Shown here: positions 1 through 10,485 of the stretch, piece by piece
Position numbering within the stretch: the stretch's first letter is position 1
How the letters are laid out: each line of letters begins with the position of its first letter
Assembly (NCBI GenBank): GCA_031414475.1
Contig: JANNVO010000053.1
Coordinates: 641 to 64,640 of the forward strand
From: Rickettsiales bacterium
GTDB lineage: Bacteria > Pseudomonadota > Alphaproteobacteria > Rickettsiales > Rickettsiaceae
Reading direction: 5' to 3'
DNA: 64,000 bases
Program-made: the position numbers and the translations under genes
The notes under the pieces: model-generated
The model's input: only the letters and a program-made list of their open reading frames with translations
The model's database searches: none
Told to the model about the DNA's origin: nothing

Positions 1-1
1 G

Positions 2-148
2 CTCGATAAAGAGAGTAATATTATAAAATCAATTTGGCAGAAGGCAACAATGCTTGTTCACCCGGCGCTAGCAAGCTTAGAGCAATTCCATGATGGAGCA
101 GATCATGAGCCAGCTATTTTGTTGGGGCAAAGTGAAGAAGCCTTTTAA
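2..148 (+). CDS. 3' end of a gene entering the window (partial)
   Basis: Open frame from base 2 to TAA 146-148: LDKESNIIKSIWQKATMLVHPALASLEQFHDGADHEPAILLGQSEEAF*. Confidence 0.5.
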   Translation, partial: LDKESNIIKSIWQKATMLVHPALASLEQFHDGADHEPAILLGQSEEAF

Positions 149-490
149 TTGGCAAACATAGTCTATACTCATTAAACTTGAAGAGCATAGGGGGCTATCT
201 ACATAAAGGAACGTAAGGTACCGCAGGAATGCAATAGCCCCAGGCCATCTGAACGTAGGTTTTGGTAAATTTCAGCTAAGCTTAATTACACTTATATTGA
301 TGCAGCTATTCGCATGGAGGCTTCAGTTGCCACTCTAGGTAAAAACTTGATTGCAAGCTGCAAAATATTAGATATTAAATTAGCTCTTTAATAGCGAATA
401 GCTAGTTCTTAACACCGGTCCTTGCAATAGCGATAGATTAATGACAATATTTATTGGACAAGTGATGCTATCATATGATAGTATCACTAC

Positions 491-1489
491 ATGACATATA
501 AGCCACCATTTACTATTACAAATAATATTCTTAAACTCTGTCAGAGTATTAGTAAAGAACTAGGTTTTTTGGAAGGAATAAAAATTCTGACTCCTTCGGT
601 ACAATTGCGAAAAGATAATCAAATTAAAACTATTCATGCTTCTCTTGCCATTGAAGGTAACAGCCTTAGTGAAGAGCTTATCATACAAATTCTTGAAGGT
701 AAAAGAGTGATAGCTCCCAAGAATGATATAATAGAAGTACAAAATGCATTAGTAGTATATAAAAATTTAAATCAATTCGATCCATTGGCCCAAAATTCTA
801 TTTTGGAAGCGCATAAACTATTGATGAAATCATTGATAGTAGAAAATGGGGTATGGCGATCAGGCGGAGTAGGTATTATATCAAAAGATGGAGTTTCTCA
901 TGTTGCTCCACAGGCAAATATGGTGTCTGGCTTAATGAATCAATTATTTGATTTTTTAAAACAAGAGGCCGACTTACCATGGCTTATTAAAGCGTGTATA
1001 TTCCATTATGAGCTAGAATTTATCCATCCTTTTTCAGATGGTAATGGAAGAGTCGGGAGATTGTGGCAGCAACTATTATTGATAAAAGAGCATACCATAT
1101 TTGAATATTTACCAATAGAAAGCTTAATTAAACAAAATCAACAAGAGTATTATAAAACACTATCAACTTGTGACAAACAAGGTGAATCAACGTTGTTTAT
1201 TGATTTTATGTTAAATATAATATTGAAAACTTTAAAAGAATATTCAAAGAATGTCGTCTTACCAAATAGTGATCATAAATCACGGTTAGAGTATTCGTAT
1301 AAATTATTAAAAGATACGCTATTTTCAAGGAAAGATTATATTTTACTACATAAAGATATCTCTACTGCAACAGCTAGTAGAGATTTAAAGTGGGGAGTAG
1401 AAAATAAAATTTTAAATATGAAAGGGAGTAACAATCAAATTAAATATATTTATCAGAACAGGCCGATACTGCTGCTAAATAAAAGTTAA
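491..1489 (+). CDS. Fic family protein (class II, autoinhibitory motif)
   Basis: Intact Fic motif HPFSDGNGRVGR; N-terminal SLAIEGN fits (S/T)xxxE(G/N); HTH-like C-terminus. Confidence 0.92.
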   Translation: MTYKPPFTITNNILKLCQSISKELGFLEGIKILTPSVQLRKDNQIKTIHASLAIEGNSLSEELIIQILEGKRVIAPKNDIIEVQNALVVYKNLNQFDPLAQNSILEAHKLLMKSLIVENGVWRSGGVGIISKDGVSHVAPQANMVSGLMNQLFDFLKQEADLPWLIKACIFHYELEFIHPFSDGNGRVGRLWQQLLLIKEHTIFEYLPIESLIKQNQQEYYKTLSTCDKQGESTLFIDFMLNIILKTLKEYSKNVVLPNSDHKSRLEYSYKLLKDTLFSRKDYILLHKDISTATASRDLKWGVENKILNMKGSNNQIKYIYQNRPILLLNKS

Positions 1490-1625
1490 TATTCTAATAG
1501 TTTTATCTTAAACGTCCTTGCATTCTTCTAGTGACATGTTTAAAAATTGTTGTTTTGTAGAAAAGCTCAAATTAATTATAAAATAAAGGACAATTTAGAA
1601 TTTGAAGAACCCAAACACAAAATGT

Positions 1626-1664
1626 CAAGTAATGGTAAAACCCACCAGCAATTACCATTACTTG
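1626..1664. promoter_or_regulatory. 13-bp perfect inverted repeat (operator or hairpin)
   Basis: CAAGTAATGGTAA-N13-TTACCATTACTTG, about 60 bp upstream of the 1723 ORF. Confidence 0.4.
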
Positions 1665-1722
1665 TTGTTTGTAAGTATTTGGAGTACTCTCTAATTAGAT
1701 ACCAATTAAAATAAATAATATT

Positions 1723-2238
1723 ATGTTAAAATTGAAAACTTTTTACCTTGCTTTTTCTATAGTATCTATTGCTTTATTCTGTAATATTAATCTTGCTATA
1801 GCAAAGCAGCAAGACAGTAATAAATGGAAAGAAACTACCGCAAAATTTGAAATCATTAAAGATAGTATTAAAAACCTAGAAACAGAAAATACTGTACTTG
1901 GAGAATTAATCAAACAAACGGGACGAACCTTAAATGATCTGCTAGAACACGATAAACAAACATTAACATCTTTTAAAGTTGAATATACAGCACCCGTAAA
2001 ACTAAAAGACGAACAATTAGCAAAAAAGAAAACTATTGTCCAATATGGATTGTATAGGTCACTTGCACCTAAAATGCAACAATATTTAGACAAATATAAA
2101 ATACCACCTAGTACTATTCAAATTAGGTACGCATATACAGACCCAGTACTTATTGAGTTTATTATAAACAAAGAAAATATACCTGCACCTGCATTGCTCA
2201 CGAATACTATTGATAAAGAATGGAAAACAATTAATTAA
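1723..2238 (+). CDS. Hypothetical exported protein
   Basis: 171 aa; basic N-terminus plus hydrophobic stretch ending LAIA (signal peptide-like). Confidence 0.65.
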   Translation: MLKLKTFYLAFSIVSIALFCNINLAIAKQQDSNKWKETTAKFEIIKDSIKNLETENTVLGELIKQTGRTLNDLLEHDKQTLTSFKVEYTAPVKLKDEQLAKKKTIVQYGLYRSLAPKMQQYLDKYKIPPSTIQIRYAYTDPVLIEFIINKENIPAPALLTNTIDKEWKTIN

Positions 2239-2385
2239 AAACTCTAATATGTGATATAGTTGTAGTGGCTTGATATTATTATAAAAATTACTGAAGGTGC
2301 TTGGTATGCATATTAGCTCTTGAGAAATCAAACAGAATATGTCAGGTAGTGTTAAACTTATGTATTTTTTAGAACTAAAAGATTT

Positions 2386-3348
2386 ATGGTAATCACCTAT
2401 TTAAATCAAAATAATAAAATTGAAAGAAGTACAGAAGTTATTCTGGATTCTTCTACTTTATGGATTGATTTAGTCAATATGTCTAGAGAGGAAGAAAAAT
2501 TAATTGAAAACTTTTTAGGAATTGATATTCCTAGTAAAGAAGAAATGGAGCAAATTGAGGTATCTCGCAGGCTATATGTAGAAAATGATGCTACTTACCT
2601 CATTATGTCATTAATTAATCATAATCTCACATCCATTATTAATCACTCTGTTACATTTATTTTATTTAATAATATATTAATTACAGTAAGATATAATGAA
2701 GAATTAAAACCTTTTAATTATTTTGGTCCAAAACTCGTGAAAGACCAAAATAAATATATTGAAGCCAAAGAAATATTTTTGGAATTATTAACCATTACCA
2801 TTGAAATATTAGCTGATATTCTACAAGATGTAAGGCAGAATATTGACGAATTAAATAGAGATATTTTCTTAACAGACTCATCTTCTGATGAAAAACCTAA
2901 TCATGCTGAAATATTAAAAAAAATTGGTCAACAGGAAAACTTTCTTTCCAAAACCGAAGAAAGTATTTTATCTATTAGTAGGGCCATTAATTACTCTCAA
3001 CAATCAAATAAATTTGCGAAAAACACATCTCAGATTTTAAGGTTAGATACTATGCTTGCAGATTTAAATTCAATTGCTGAACATACAAAATTTCTATCTG
3101 GGTCAACAACTTTTTTATTAGATGCCTTACTTGGAATAATACAGCTAGAACAAAATAATATAGTTAAACTGGTTTCCATAGTATCTCTAATATTTTTACC
3201 TCCAACTTTAATAGCTAGTATTTATGGGATGAATTTTGAAATCATGCCAGAATTAAAACAATCGGTAGGTTACCCGCTTACATTATTAGTAATGCTGATT
3301 GCAGGTTGGTTACCTTATAAAATATGTAAAAAGAAAAAGTGGTTATAG
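2386..3348 (+). CDS. corA: CorA Mg2+/Co2+ transporter
   Basis: YGMNFEIMPEL signature between two C-terminal TM helices; 320 aa. Confidence 0.95.
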   Translation: MVITYLNQNNKIERSTEVILDSSTLWIDLVNMSREEEKLIENFLGIDIPSKEEMEQIEVSRRLYVENDATYLIMSLINHNLTSIINHSVTFILFNNILITVRYNEELKPFNYFGPKLVKDQNKYIEAKEIFLELLTITIEILADILQDVRQNIDELNRDIFLTDSSSDEKPNHAEILKKIGQQENFLSKTEESILSISRAINYSQQSNKFAKNTSQILRLDTMLADLNSIAEHTKFLSGSTTFLLDALLGIIQLEQNNIVKLVSIVSLIFLPPTLIASIYGMNFEIMPELKQSVGYPLTLLVMLIAGWLPYKICKKKKWL

Positions 3349-3634
3349 ACCATTCTTCAAGTCGTATTTATGCAAATTTTCACCCATGAAAATTTCTACC
3401 GCGATCTTAAAACGCAAATATAAGTAACTGCAACAAAGTTCCTTGGATTTCCAACAGCAACAGAAGCGAGAGCTATGCTCATCGAGAGCTAGCTCACATT
3501 TAACTATAAATTAAATAATATGGCGATAGTTAATTAACGGTATAGTAAAACCTTGACTTTACTTATGTCGTTACCCTAGACTTATAATTATGGCGATAAA
3601 TCAAATAATTATATAAAAATGCAAAATACTCCTA

Positions 3635-3672
3635 GGGGTACCAGCCCCATTCGTGTAAAAAGGTACGGTCTT
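3635..3672 (+). repeat. Tn3-family left terminal IR
   Basis: GGGGTACCAGCCCCATTCGTGTAAAAAGGTACGGTCTT. Confidence 0.9.
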
Positions 3673-3708
3673 GTATAAAATTATAGACTAAAACCGTATC
3701 TTTTCGAA

Positions 3709-6636
3709 TTAGCCTGTAATTTGTTCTTCCTCCTTTTCAATAAAATAAGTTCCCATTGGTATAACATGCTTGTATGAAAGTAATGAAATATGTGATAGCC
3801 ACTGTTTATCAATTTTCTTATTAACAAGCTCAAGTTGTTCAATAATTTCATTCATTTTTATAGTATTCCAGTAAAGTACTGCATTTGATACCAAGCTTAA
3901 ACAACTAGATTTATTCATAATTTCTTCGTAGTCACCAATTTGGAACTTACCTTGATTTGCAAAAAATATCCATCTAGACAATGCATGCCTATGTTCGCCT
4001 TTATTTAACTGTCTTTGAACTTTTTGCCTGAGCTTAGGGGTAGTAAGATAACGTAAAATATATTCTGTTTTTATGATTCTTCCTAATTGAGTAAAGGCCT
4101 TTGATAGATTATCAGACGGGGTTCCTTTTCCTATACGCCTTATAATTTCATGAGCTGGCGCTAGTTTGTTTTTTAGCGAAGCAATTATTCTTACCATATT
4201 ATCCCATTGTTCTACAATCATCTCAAGGTCAATATACTTATTTAAAACACTATTGAGTTCTTGATAACTAACATCTTTATTGATCCTATATAGCTGTTGA
4301 TCTTTAAGATCTCTTATCCTGGGCATAAATTGGTATCCAAGCAGATAACATAAAGCAAAAATATGTTCAGTATATCCGGCAGTATCAGTAGTATGTTCTT
4401 TAATTTCTAAAGTGGTATTGTTCTCAAGTAACCCATCTATAACGTATAAAGCTTCTCTAGGAGAGCATGAAATTACCTTGGTATTATATACTGAATATTG
4501 ATCAGAAACATGAGTATATATCCCAATTGCTTTTTCATAATAACCAAAATATCTTGGATAATAAGAAGCTATTAAACTACTGGCAGTTATACCAAAGCGT
4601 TGAGCATCCGAAGAAGAAATTTTACCCTGTCCGTGCACACAACTTAATGGTAAACCACTATGCTGGTTTACTAACTCTGCATTAGCTTTTCTAATAGTTT
4701 CTTCTCTAATATAAGTATCTATAACATGATGCAGCATTTCAGTTGTAATATCCGTAGTACAATCCTGCATAGTAGCAATACCTATATTGGTTGCTTGAGA
4801 TAAAATACTTGCCATAAGAGTTTTATAAAACTTTTTTGGTTTACTATTTTGTCCGTGAATAGGTGTAAAGTGACGACTAAATCCCGTCATTCGATCAACT
4901 TCAAGTAACAATTGCTCTATTTTAATTTTTGGCATATAGGAAGCAATTATTTTTTGGTAATCCTTGACTTCTTCAGGAATAATCAATTTATCTTGCTTAG
5001 TCAGTTTCAATTTGCCATTTTTAATAGCAGCAAAACCATCTTTACCGAAATTACTTAAAGCAAGGCTAGCTGTTTCATGGTAGAAACTCTTAATTCTTTC
5101 AATTGCTTTTAAGGGATCTTGATATAAATTTAATTCATCATATGCTTTACAGTTGGTATTTTCCCAAACATCATTTTTATAGACAAGATCCCAAAAAGAA
5201 ACATATTTCTTACTTTGTGGCAAGTAAATATCCCCTGACCTTGTAGCATCACGTATGGCAATAGCTACACCTATTTCCCAAGCATTACGTTTTAGAGATT
5301 TATCAATATTAAAAATTCCAGTTTTAATTTTATAATCTATAAATTCATAAGGTGCATCTGAAGGAAGAGATTTTAGTTCTTTATTATCAATATCACGAAT
5401 TAGGTTAATAGCTTTTATCAAAGGATAATCAGCAGTTTCTGCATGAAATGGTAATTTAATAAAATCTATAAAATACCTTCGCATACTATTGTATCTATTT
5501 TGTAGTAGATGAGTATAACCAAACTTCGTCATAATTTGGTAGGTATTCATATCAGCTCTAGCTTGTTTTAATAACTCTTTTGGTATAGTGCTTTTATATA
5601 TATCTTGAAGTAGAATAGAATCTTCGGTTTCATAGCACAGAACTTTATCAACTACTGAAATTAACTGATTTATAGCTTTATCATATTTATAACGGTATTG
5701 CCTAATTTGTTCTTCATGTATATGTTTACATTCACGGCAAATACTTGAAATATATTGATCATGCATTTGAATAATATAATCTACGAGTATTTTTTTTGTT
5801 TCACATAAAAAAGCAATCATCAAACAATAGCGTTTCTCAGGTTTTATTCTCTTAACTTTGTCTGCTGAATAATATTTTCCAAGTTGGTAAAGATGCATTG
5901 TAAAATTAGAATTTAATATTTCTATACCTGTATCTTGTAAATTGATTTCACAAAGCTTTTGATATTTTATGATATATAGTTTTAAGGACGTAATAGTTGC
6001 TGAACTGGGATATTCTTTAAGCTGATTGAATAATGAATTAGCCTCTTCATTTGTTACCGTTAGAATTTTATCAATAGAATGAATTAGGTTAATTGATAAC
6101 CGCGAATAAATATTATAAAATATTGTTTTTTGATATTGAACACTTAAAGATTTAATAATACGTCTCAATTGTTTAAAGCTAGGCAATGCTATGTGATTAC
6201 TAATTAAAAATCGCTCTGCTTGCGGGTGAAGATGCTCGACAAGCAAAATTCCTTTATCCATTTTGTCTATGCTCCATTCTTTTAGCATTTCATGATATTG
6301 ATCGCTAAAAGAAACAAAACCTAAATGTTCGAATATTAATTTCCTATGACCGATATAAGTTGCTTTTCGTATCGGTTTTCTGACTGTTATGCTTGGAAAC
6401 AAAGTAAGTTGTTTACAAATATAGCTTATCACTTGGTTTGATAATTCGTTTGGATTTTCTAAAAATCTTCCGTACAGCTTCATTGAGCATAGTTGTACTG
6501 AAAACCATAAACGATGATTTTTATTTATCTTCAAGACTAGCTCTTTACTTAGGCAATCCAATTTCCAATCGCGTATTATTTCATCTTCTGAAAGATGGTG
6601 CTTATCTTTTTCAAGGTAATTCAGCTTTTCGAACAT
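3709..6636 (-). CDS. tnpA: Tn3-family transposase (ORF open to 6717; ATG at 6636 more plausible)
   Basis: About 975 aa; SSDAQRF, TDTAGYTE and QLNKGEHRHALSRWIFF Tn3 DDE motifs; 3' end next to the IR. Confidence 0.95.
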   Translation of the reverse strand: MFEKLNYLEKDKHHLSEDEIIRDWKLDCLSKELVLKINKNHRLWFSVQLCSMKLYGRFLENPNELSNQVISYICKQLTLFPSITVRKPIRKATYIGHRKLIFEHLGFVSFSDQYHEMLKEWSIDKMDKGILLVEHLHPQAERFLISNHIALPSFKQLRRIIKSLSVQYQKTIFYNIYSRLSINLIHSIDKILTVTNEEANSLFNQLKEYPSSATITSLKLYIIKYQKLCEINLQDTGIEILNSNFTMHLYQLGKYYSADKVKRIKPEKRYCLMIAFLCETKKILVDYIIQMHDQYISSICRECKHIHEEQIRQYRYKYDKAINQLISVVDKVLCYETEDSILLQDIYKSTIPKELLKQARADMNTYQIMTKFGYTHLLQNRYNSMRRYFIDFIKLPFHAETADYPLIKAINLIRDIDNKELKSLPSDAPYEFIDYKIKTGIFNIDKSLKRNAWEIGVAIAIRDATRSGDIYLPQSKKYVSFWDLVYKNDVWENTNCKAYDELNLYQDPLKAIERIKSFYHETASLALSNFGKDGFAAIKNGKLKLTKQDKLIIPEEVKDYQKIIASYMPKIKIEQLLLEVDRMTGFSRHFTPIHGQNSKPKKFYKTLMASILSQATNIGIATMQDCTTDITTEMLHHVIDTYIREETIRKANAELVNQHSGLPLSCVHGQGKISSSDAQRFGITASSLIASYYPRYFGYYEKAIGIYTHVSDQYSVYNTKVISCSPREALYVIDGLLENNTTLEIKEHTTDTAGYTEHIFALCYLLGYQFMPRIRDLKDQQLYRINKDVSYQELNSVLNKYIDLEMIVEQWDNMVRIIASLKNKLAPAHEIIRRIGKGTPSDNLSKAFTQLGRIIKTEYILRYLTTPKLRQKVQRQLNKGEHRHALSRWIFFANQGKFQIGDYEEIMNKSSCLSLVSNAVLYWNTIKMNEIIEQLELVNKKIDKQWLSHISLLSYKHVIPMGTYFIEKEEEQITG

Positions 6637-7171
6637 AACTATAAAGTGTTGGTTTTGATATTCCGACGGACTGACAAATTTGTTTAATAGAATGTTTTTT
6701 AGCTTTATACAAATCAATCGTTAATTGCTTTTTATCTCTATTTAGTTTTTCAGGGCGTCCACCTTGTCTTCCACGAGAACGAGCTGCTTCTAAACCAGCT
6801 TTAGTTCTTTCTTTAATGAGGTTCCTCTCAAATTCTGCTAATGATGCAAAAATATGAAAGATAAGTTGCCCTGTTGAAGTGCTAGTATCTATTGATTCTT
6901 GTAAGCTTTGGAAACCTACGCCAATAATTTTAATTTCATTTATCCATTCAATTAAATGTTTATGTGATCTGCCTAACCTATCGAGACGCCAAACAATCAC
7001 TGTATCGCCTTTACGTAATATTTGGCGTAACTTAGTTAATCCAGGGCGTTCCGCAATAGAACCACTAATTTCATCAGTGATAATATCTTCACATCCAGCT
7101 TTTAAAAGAGCATCTATTTGCAAATCTAAATTTTGTTCAAACGTCGACACCCTTGCGTAGCCAATTTTCAT
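6611..7171 (-). CDS. tnpR: Serine resolvase
   Basis: GYARVST (catalytic Ser), VWRLDRLGRS, AEFERNLIKERTKAGL, C-terminal HTH. Confidence 0.95.
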   Translation of the reverse strand: MKIGYARVSTFEQNLDLQIDALLKAGCEDIITDEISGSIAERPGLTKLRQILRKGDTVIVWRLDRLGRSHKHLIEWINEIKIIGVGFQSLQESIDTSTSTGQLIFHIFASLAEFERNLIKERTKAGLEAARSRGRQGGRPEKLNRDKKQLTIDLYKAKKHSIKQICQSVGISKPTLYSYVRKAELP

Positions 7172-7406
7172 AATTTATAAAAAGTTAATGAAGTCTGTGT
7201 TGTGCATTATATAATTAACTCTGATTAATTACCAGACTTTCTTTACTTTAAAATCGGCGGAGCGTCGTAAACATAAAAATTTAAATACACAGTAAAAGAA
7301 ACGGTCGTTTTCTTTACTTATTAAGAAATAAAAAAAAATGATGACGCTGCTGTAGTAACGAGCCAAATTAAATTGCCTAATTTGAGCCACTTTATTTTGC
7401 ATATTT

Positions 7407-7444
7407 AAGGTACCAGACCTACTCATGCAAAAAGGTAAGACAAA
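7407..7444 (+). repeat. Degenerate internal copy of the Tn3 IR
   Basis: AAGGTACCAGACCTACTCATGCAAAAAGGTAAG aligns to GGGGTACCAGCCCCATTCGTGTAAAAAGGTACG. Confidence 0.6.
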
Positions 7445-7510
7445 GGGTTGTCGAAATTAAGACGCTACTAATGATAGAAAAATAATGTATTTATATAATA
7501 GCTTAAATCT

Positions 7511-8857
7511 TTAGATTCTTTTTATGACTTTGTTTTTTTGAAACCATATCCACATAAAAGATGACACTATAGCTGTAACAAGTAATGCATACCAAGCACC
7601 TTCAGTAATTTTTATAATATTTGCTATAACAAAGATACAATCCAAAAATAATATAATTAAAATCACTGTTAATCTAAATAAATTTATATGTGTTTTGTTT
7701 ATTATCAAGATCAAAATAAGAATAGTTGTAATTAACATTACCCCTGATACACTTAGACCATAGGCAAAGGATAATTTAACTGAAGTTTGAAAGATCAATA
7801 TAGCTACAATAGTTAGTATATAAAGTACCGTATTAACTATTGGGACATATACTTGTTCTGGTTTATATAAAGAAGTATTGAGTACTTCAAATTTGGGTAA
7901 ATAATCTAATTTTATTGCTTGCGAAACAATAGAAAAAACGCCAGAAACCATTGCTTGTGAGGCAATGATAGTAGCACAGGTTGCAAGTATAATTAATGGA
8001 TATAGACCAGCCTTAGGTACAAGATAATAAAAAGGATTAGAGATTAATTCAGGGAAGCGCAATAGTAAACTTCCTTGACCCAAGTAATTTAAAATCAACG
8101 AAGGAAACACTAAGAAATTCCACACTAATTTGATAGGCTTATTACCAAAATAGCCGCAATTAGCATATAATGCCTCTGCGCCAGTAACTACTAAAAATAC
8201 CCCACTTAGTGCTTTAAATGCCATAATGCCATTATTGGTCATAAAATATAAAGCAAAATATGGATTAAAAGCCTTTAAGATACTTGGCTCGCTAATAATA
8301 TTATAAATCCCAAGAGCAGCTAAAGTAAAAAACCAAGCTAGCATTATTGGCCCAAAAAAAATACCGATTAAATTACTTCCTAGCCTTTGTACAGCAAAGA
8401 GTAGTGTTAGAATACCAATTGATGTTATTATTATATAATTTTGCAATCCAGAAGAGATAATATTTAAACCTTCCAGGGCGCTTACTACTGAGATAGCTGG
8501 GGTAAGGGTCCCATCGCCAAATAGTAAGGCCGTGCCGATTATTCCAAGTACAATAGAAATCTTTCTAAAACGTGTTTGTTTTAAATTAGCACATAGTATA
8601 GATAATGCTAATACTCCTCCTTTTTCTTCTTTCTTATCTATGTTCATAATAATATAACTATATTTAATAGTTACTACTATGAACAGTATCCAAATAAATA
8701 GGCTAATTAGTCCTAAAACATTTGTGTTTGTAACTGCTAACTCACTAACTATAAATGAACTTTTAAGTGCATATATAGGGCTTGTTCCAATATCACCATA
8801 TACTACTCCTAGTGCACTTATTAACAAAAGCCATGGCTTGTTTGAGTTGCTCGCCAT
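7511..8857 (-). CDS. kup: KUP/HAK/KT potassium transporter, membrane domain only (C-terminally truncated)
   Basis: GVVYGDIGTSPIY, FGDGTLTPAISVVSALEG, TGAEALYA, YLGQG motifs; 448 aa, ends right after the last TM helix. Confidence 0.88.
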   Translation of the reverse strand: MASNSNKPWLLLISALGVVYGDIGTSPIYALKSSFIVSELAVTNTNVLGLISLFIWILFIVVTIKYSYIIMNIDKKEEKGGVLALSILCANLKQTRFRKISIVLGIIGTALLFGDGTLTPAISVVSALEGLNIISSGLQNYIIITSIGILTLLFAVQRLGSNLIGIFFGPIMLAWFFTLAALGIYNIISEPSILKAFNPYFALYFMTNNGIMAFKALSGVFLVVTGAEALYANCGYFGNKPIKLVWNFLVFPSLILNYLGQGSLLLRFPELISNPFYYLVPKAGLYPLIILATCATIIASQAMVSGVFSIVSQAIKLDYLPKFEVLNTSLYKPEQVYVPIVNTVLYILTIVAILIFQTSVKLSFAYGLSVSGVMLITTILILILIINKTHINLFRLTVILIILFLDCIFVIANIIKITEGAWYALLVTAIVSSFMWIWFQKNKVIKRI

Positions 8858-8889
8858 ATATTTATTGTTTTAATTTATAGTTAGCGTCT

Positions 8890-8923
8890 TGGGTACCAGT
8901 CTCATTTGTAATAAGGTACGTCT
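8890..8923 (+). repeat. Second degenerate internal copy of the Tn3 IR
   Basis: TGGGTACCAGTCTCATTTGT--AATAAGGTACG-TCT aligns to the terminal IR; abuts the CDF stop codon. Confidence 0.6.
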
Positions 8924-10235
8924 AATTATTTTCCTTTTCTAATGGTCTTACTTTAACTACAGCATTTCCAAGTAATTGGATATGATCACGTAAAGATTGT
9001 TCTACCCGCTTTGCTATATTATCTGCTTCTTGTACTGTTAAATTAGGATTAACAAAAATTTCTACATCAGTATGAACACGATGTCCTATCCAACGGGCCC
9101 GTACATTATGTACTCCAGATACACCTAAAATATGAGTTGGTGCATGTTCAATTTGCGCTAATATGTCTGGTTCTATACCATCAATTAAGCGTATCCAAAC
9201 AGAAACTGCAGCCTTCTTCATAATAAATAAAATAGCTAAAGTAATACCAATTCCCACCAATGGGTCTACAATAGGAAAACCAAATTTCACTCCAATTACA
9301 CCAAGTAGTACAGCAAGGCTAGTAAAACCATCTACTCTAGCGTGATAACCATCGGCAACGAGAGCGGCAGAACCAATCTCTTTGCCTACACGTATGCGAT
9401 ACATAGCCACCCACTCATTTCCAATAAAACCAATAATTGACGCAATACTAACCAACAAAAGATTTTCCATAGGGATAGGATTAATAATCTTCAGTATAGA
9501 CTCATAAGCAGCAATACAAGCAGAGAAGAAGATAATTAATACGATTAATACACCTGCTACATCCTCAACCTTACCGTATCCATAAGTAAAACGACGATTA
9601 GTTCCTTGGCGTGCTAGTGAAAAAGCAACCCATAATGGAAGGCTAGTAGTAGCATCAGCAAAATTGTGGATAGTATCAGCAAGCAATGCTACTGAGCCTG
9701 ATAGAATTACAATCCCTAACTGAAATAAAGCGGTAATAGTTAGTATTACTAGAGTAATTTTAAGCGTATGAATGCCCCTCTCATTCGATTCCATTGCGGT
9801 ATCTACTTTATCTGCTATATGATGCGAATGACCTAACTTTTTATTTATCCAACTCAATATGCCCGAATGAAGCTCATGCGAATGGCTATGAAGATGGTCT
9901 TCCGTAAATTTGGTACTATAAGTCTGAATAAGATCTGATTGAGAAATTGTTAAAATCATTTCAAATTCGTGGGGTTCTGGTAGTTCACTTGTGGCTTCCA
10001 TGTAATAGTCACAAGCAGTAAAAGCAAAAATTTGTTTCTTTCCATCATACCTAATAGTTTCTATCCTTATATCTTTGCTGGCACGTATTGGAGCCGGATT
10101 GCCATTTAAATCAAAGAAATAAAGACGGAAGCGTGGAGGTACGCCAGTTTCAAATACACTTACCTCAACAAATCCTTCTTCAATTTTAATCCAGCTATCT
10201 TGGTTATGTTCTTTATTACTTTTTATTTCAGACAT
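8922..10235 (-). CDS. Cation diffusion facilitator with N-terminal accessory domain and His-rich linker
   Basis: SVALLADTIHNFADA and ALVADGYHARVDGFTS motifs, HLHSHSHELH linker, ZT-dimer-like C-terminus. Confidence 0.9.
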   Translation of the reverse strand: MSEIKSNKEHNQDSWIKIEEGFVEVSVFETGVPPRFRLYFFDLNGNPAPIRASKDIRIETIRYDGKKQIFAFTACDYYMEATSELPEPHEFEMILTISQSDLIQTYSTKFTEDHLHSHSHELHSGILSWINKKLGHSHHIADKVDTAMESNERGIHTLKITLVILTITALFQLGIVILSGSVALLADTIHNFADATTSLPLWVAFSLARQGTNRRFTYGYGKVEDVAGVLIVLIIFFSACIAAYESILKIINPIPMENLLLVSIASIIGFIGNEWVAMYRIRVGKEIGSAALVADGYHARVDGFTSLAVLLGVIGVKFGFPIVDPLVGIGITLAILFIMKKAAVSVWIRLIDGIEPDILAQIEHAPTHILGVSGVHNVRARWIGHRVHTDVEIFVNPNLTVQEADNIAKRVEQSLRDHIQLLGNAVVKVRPLEKENN

Positions 10236-10328
10236 AAAAATATTCTTTATTTAAATTTCTAGATTTTCCAGTAAATACTAATTAAATTGCCTATTAAGTA
10301 TACTTAATTTTAGGTATCATCATGTAGG

Positions 10329-10481
10329 TTACCATTTTCGCAGGAATTCATCTACAACATGCTCATCTGTAAAGTTTAAATATATAGAGGTAGTAGCTAA
10401 CCTATCGTGACCAAGTATTTTCTGTACAGAAGTTAATGAGATGTTTTTTTGTAAGGCTAATGTTGCAAAGGTATGTCTCAA
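10329..10481 (-). pseudogene. C-terminal fragment of a tyrosine recombinase/integrase
   Basis: Manual translation: LRHTFATLALQKNISLTSVQKILGHDRLATTSIYLNFTDEHVVDEFLRKW* (RH..LGH..Y residues); no start codon; abuts arsC stop. Confidence 0.85.
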
Positions 10482-10485
10482 AATA

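Noticed and set aside
190-390. Degraded reading frame AIYIKERK..FW*ISAK..KLAL*
   Set aside because: Internal stop and no recognisable family.
3501-3526. TAACTATAAATTAA..ATATGGCGA resembling the kup start region (minus strand 8883-8851)
   Set aside because: AT-rich and needs gaps to align; could be chance.
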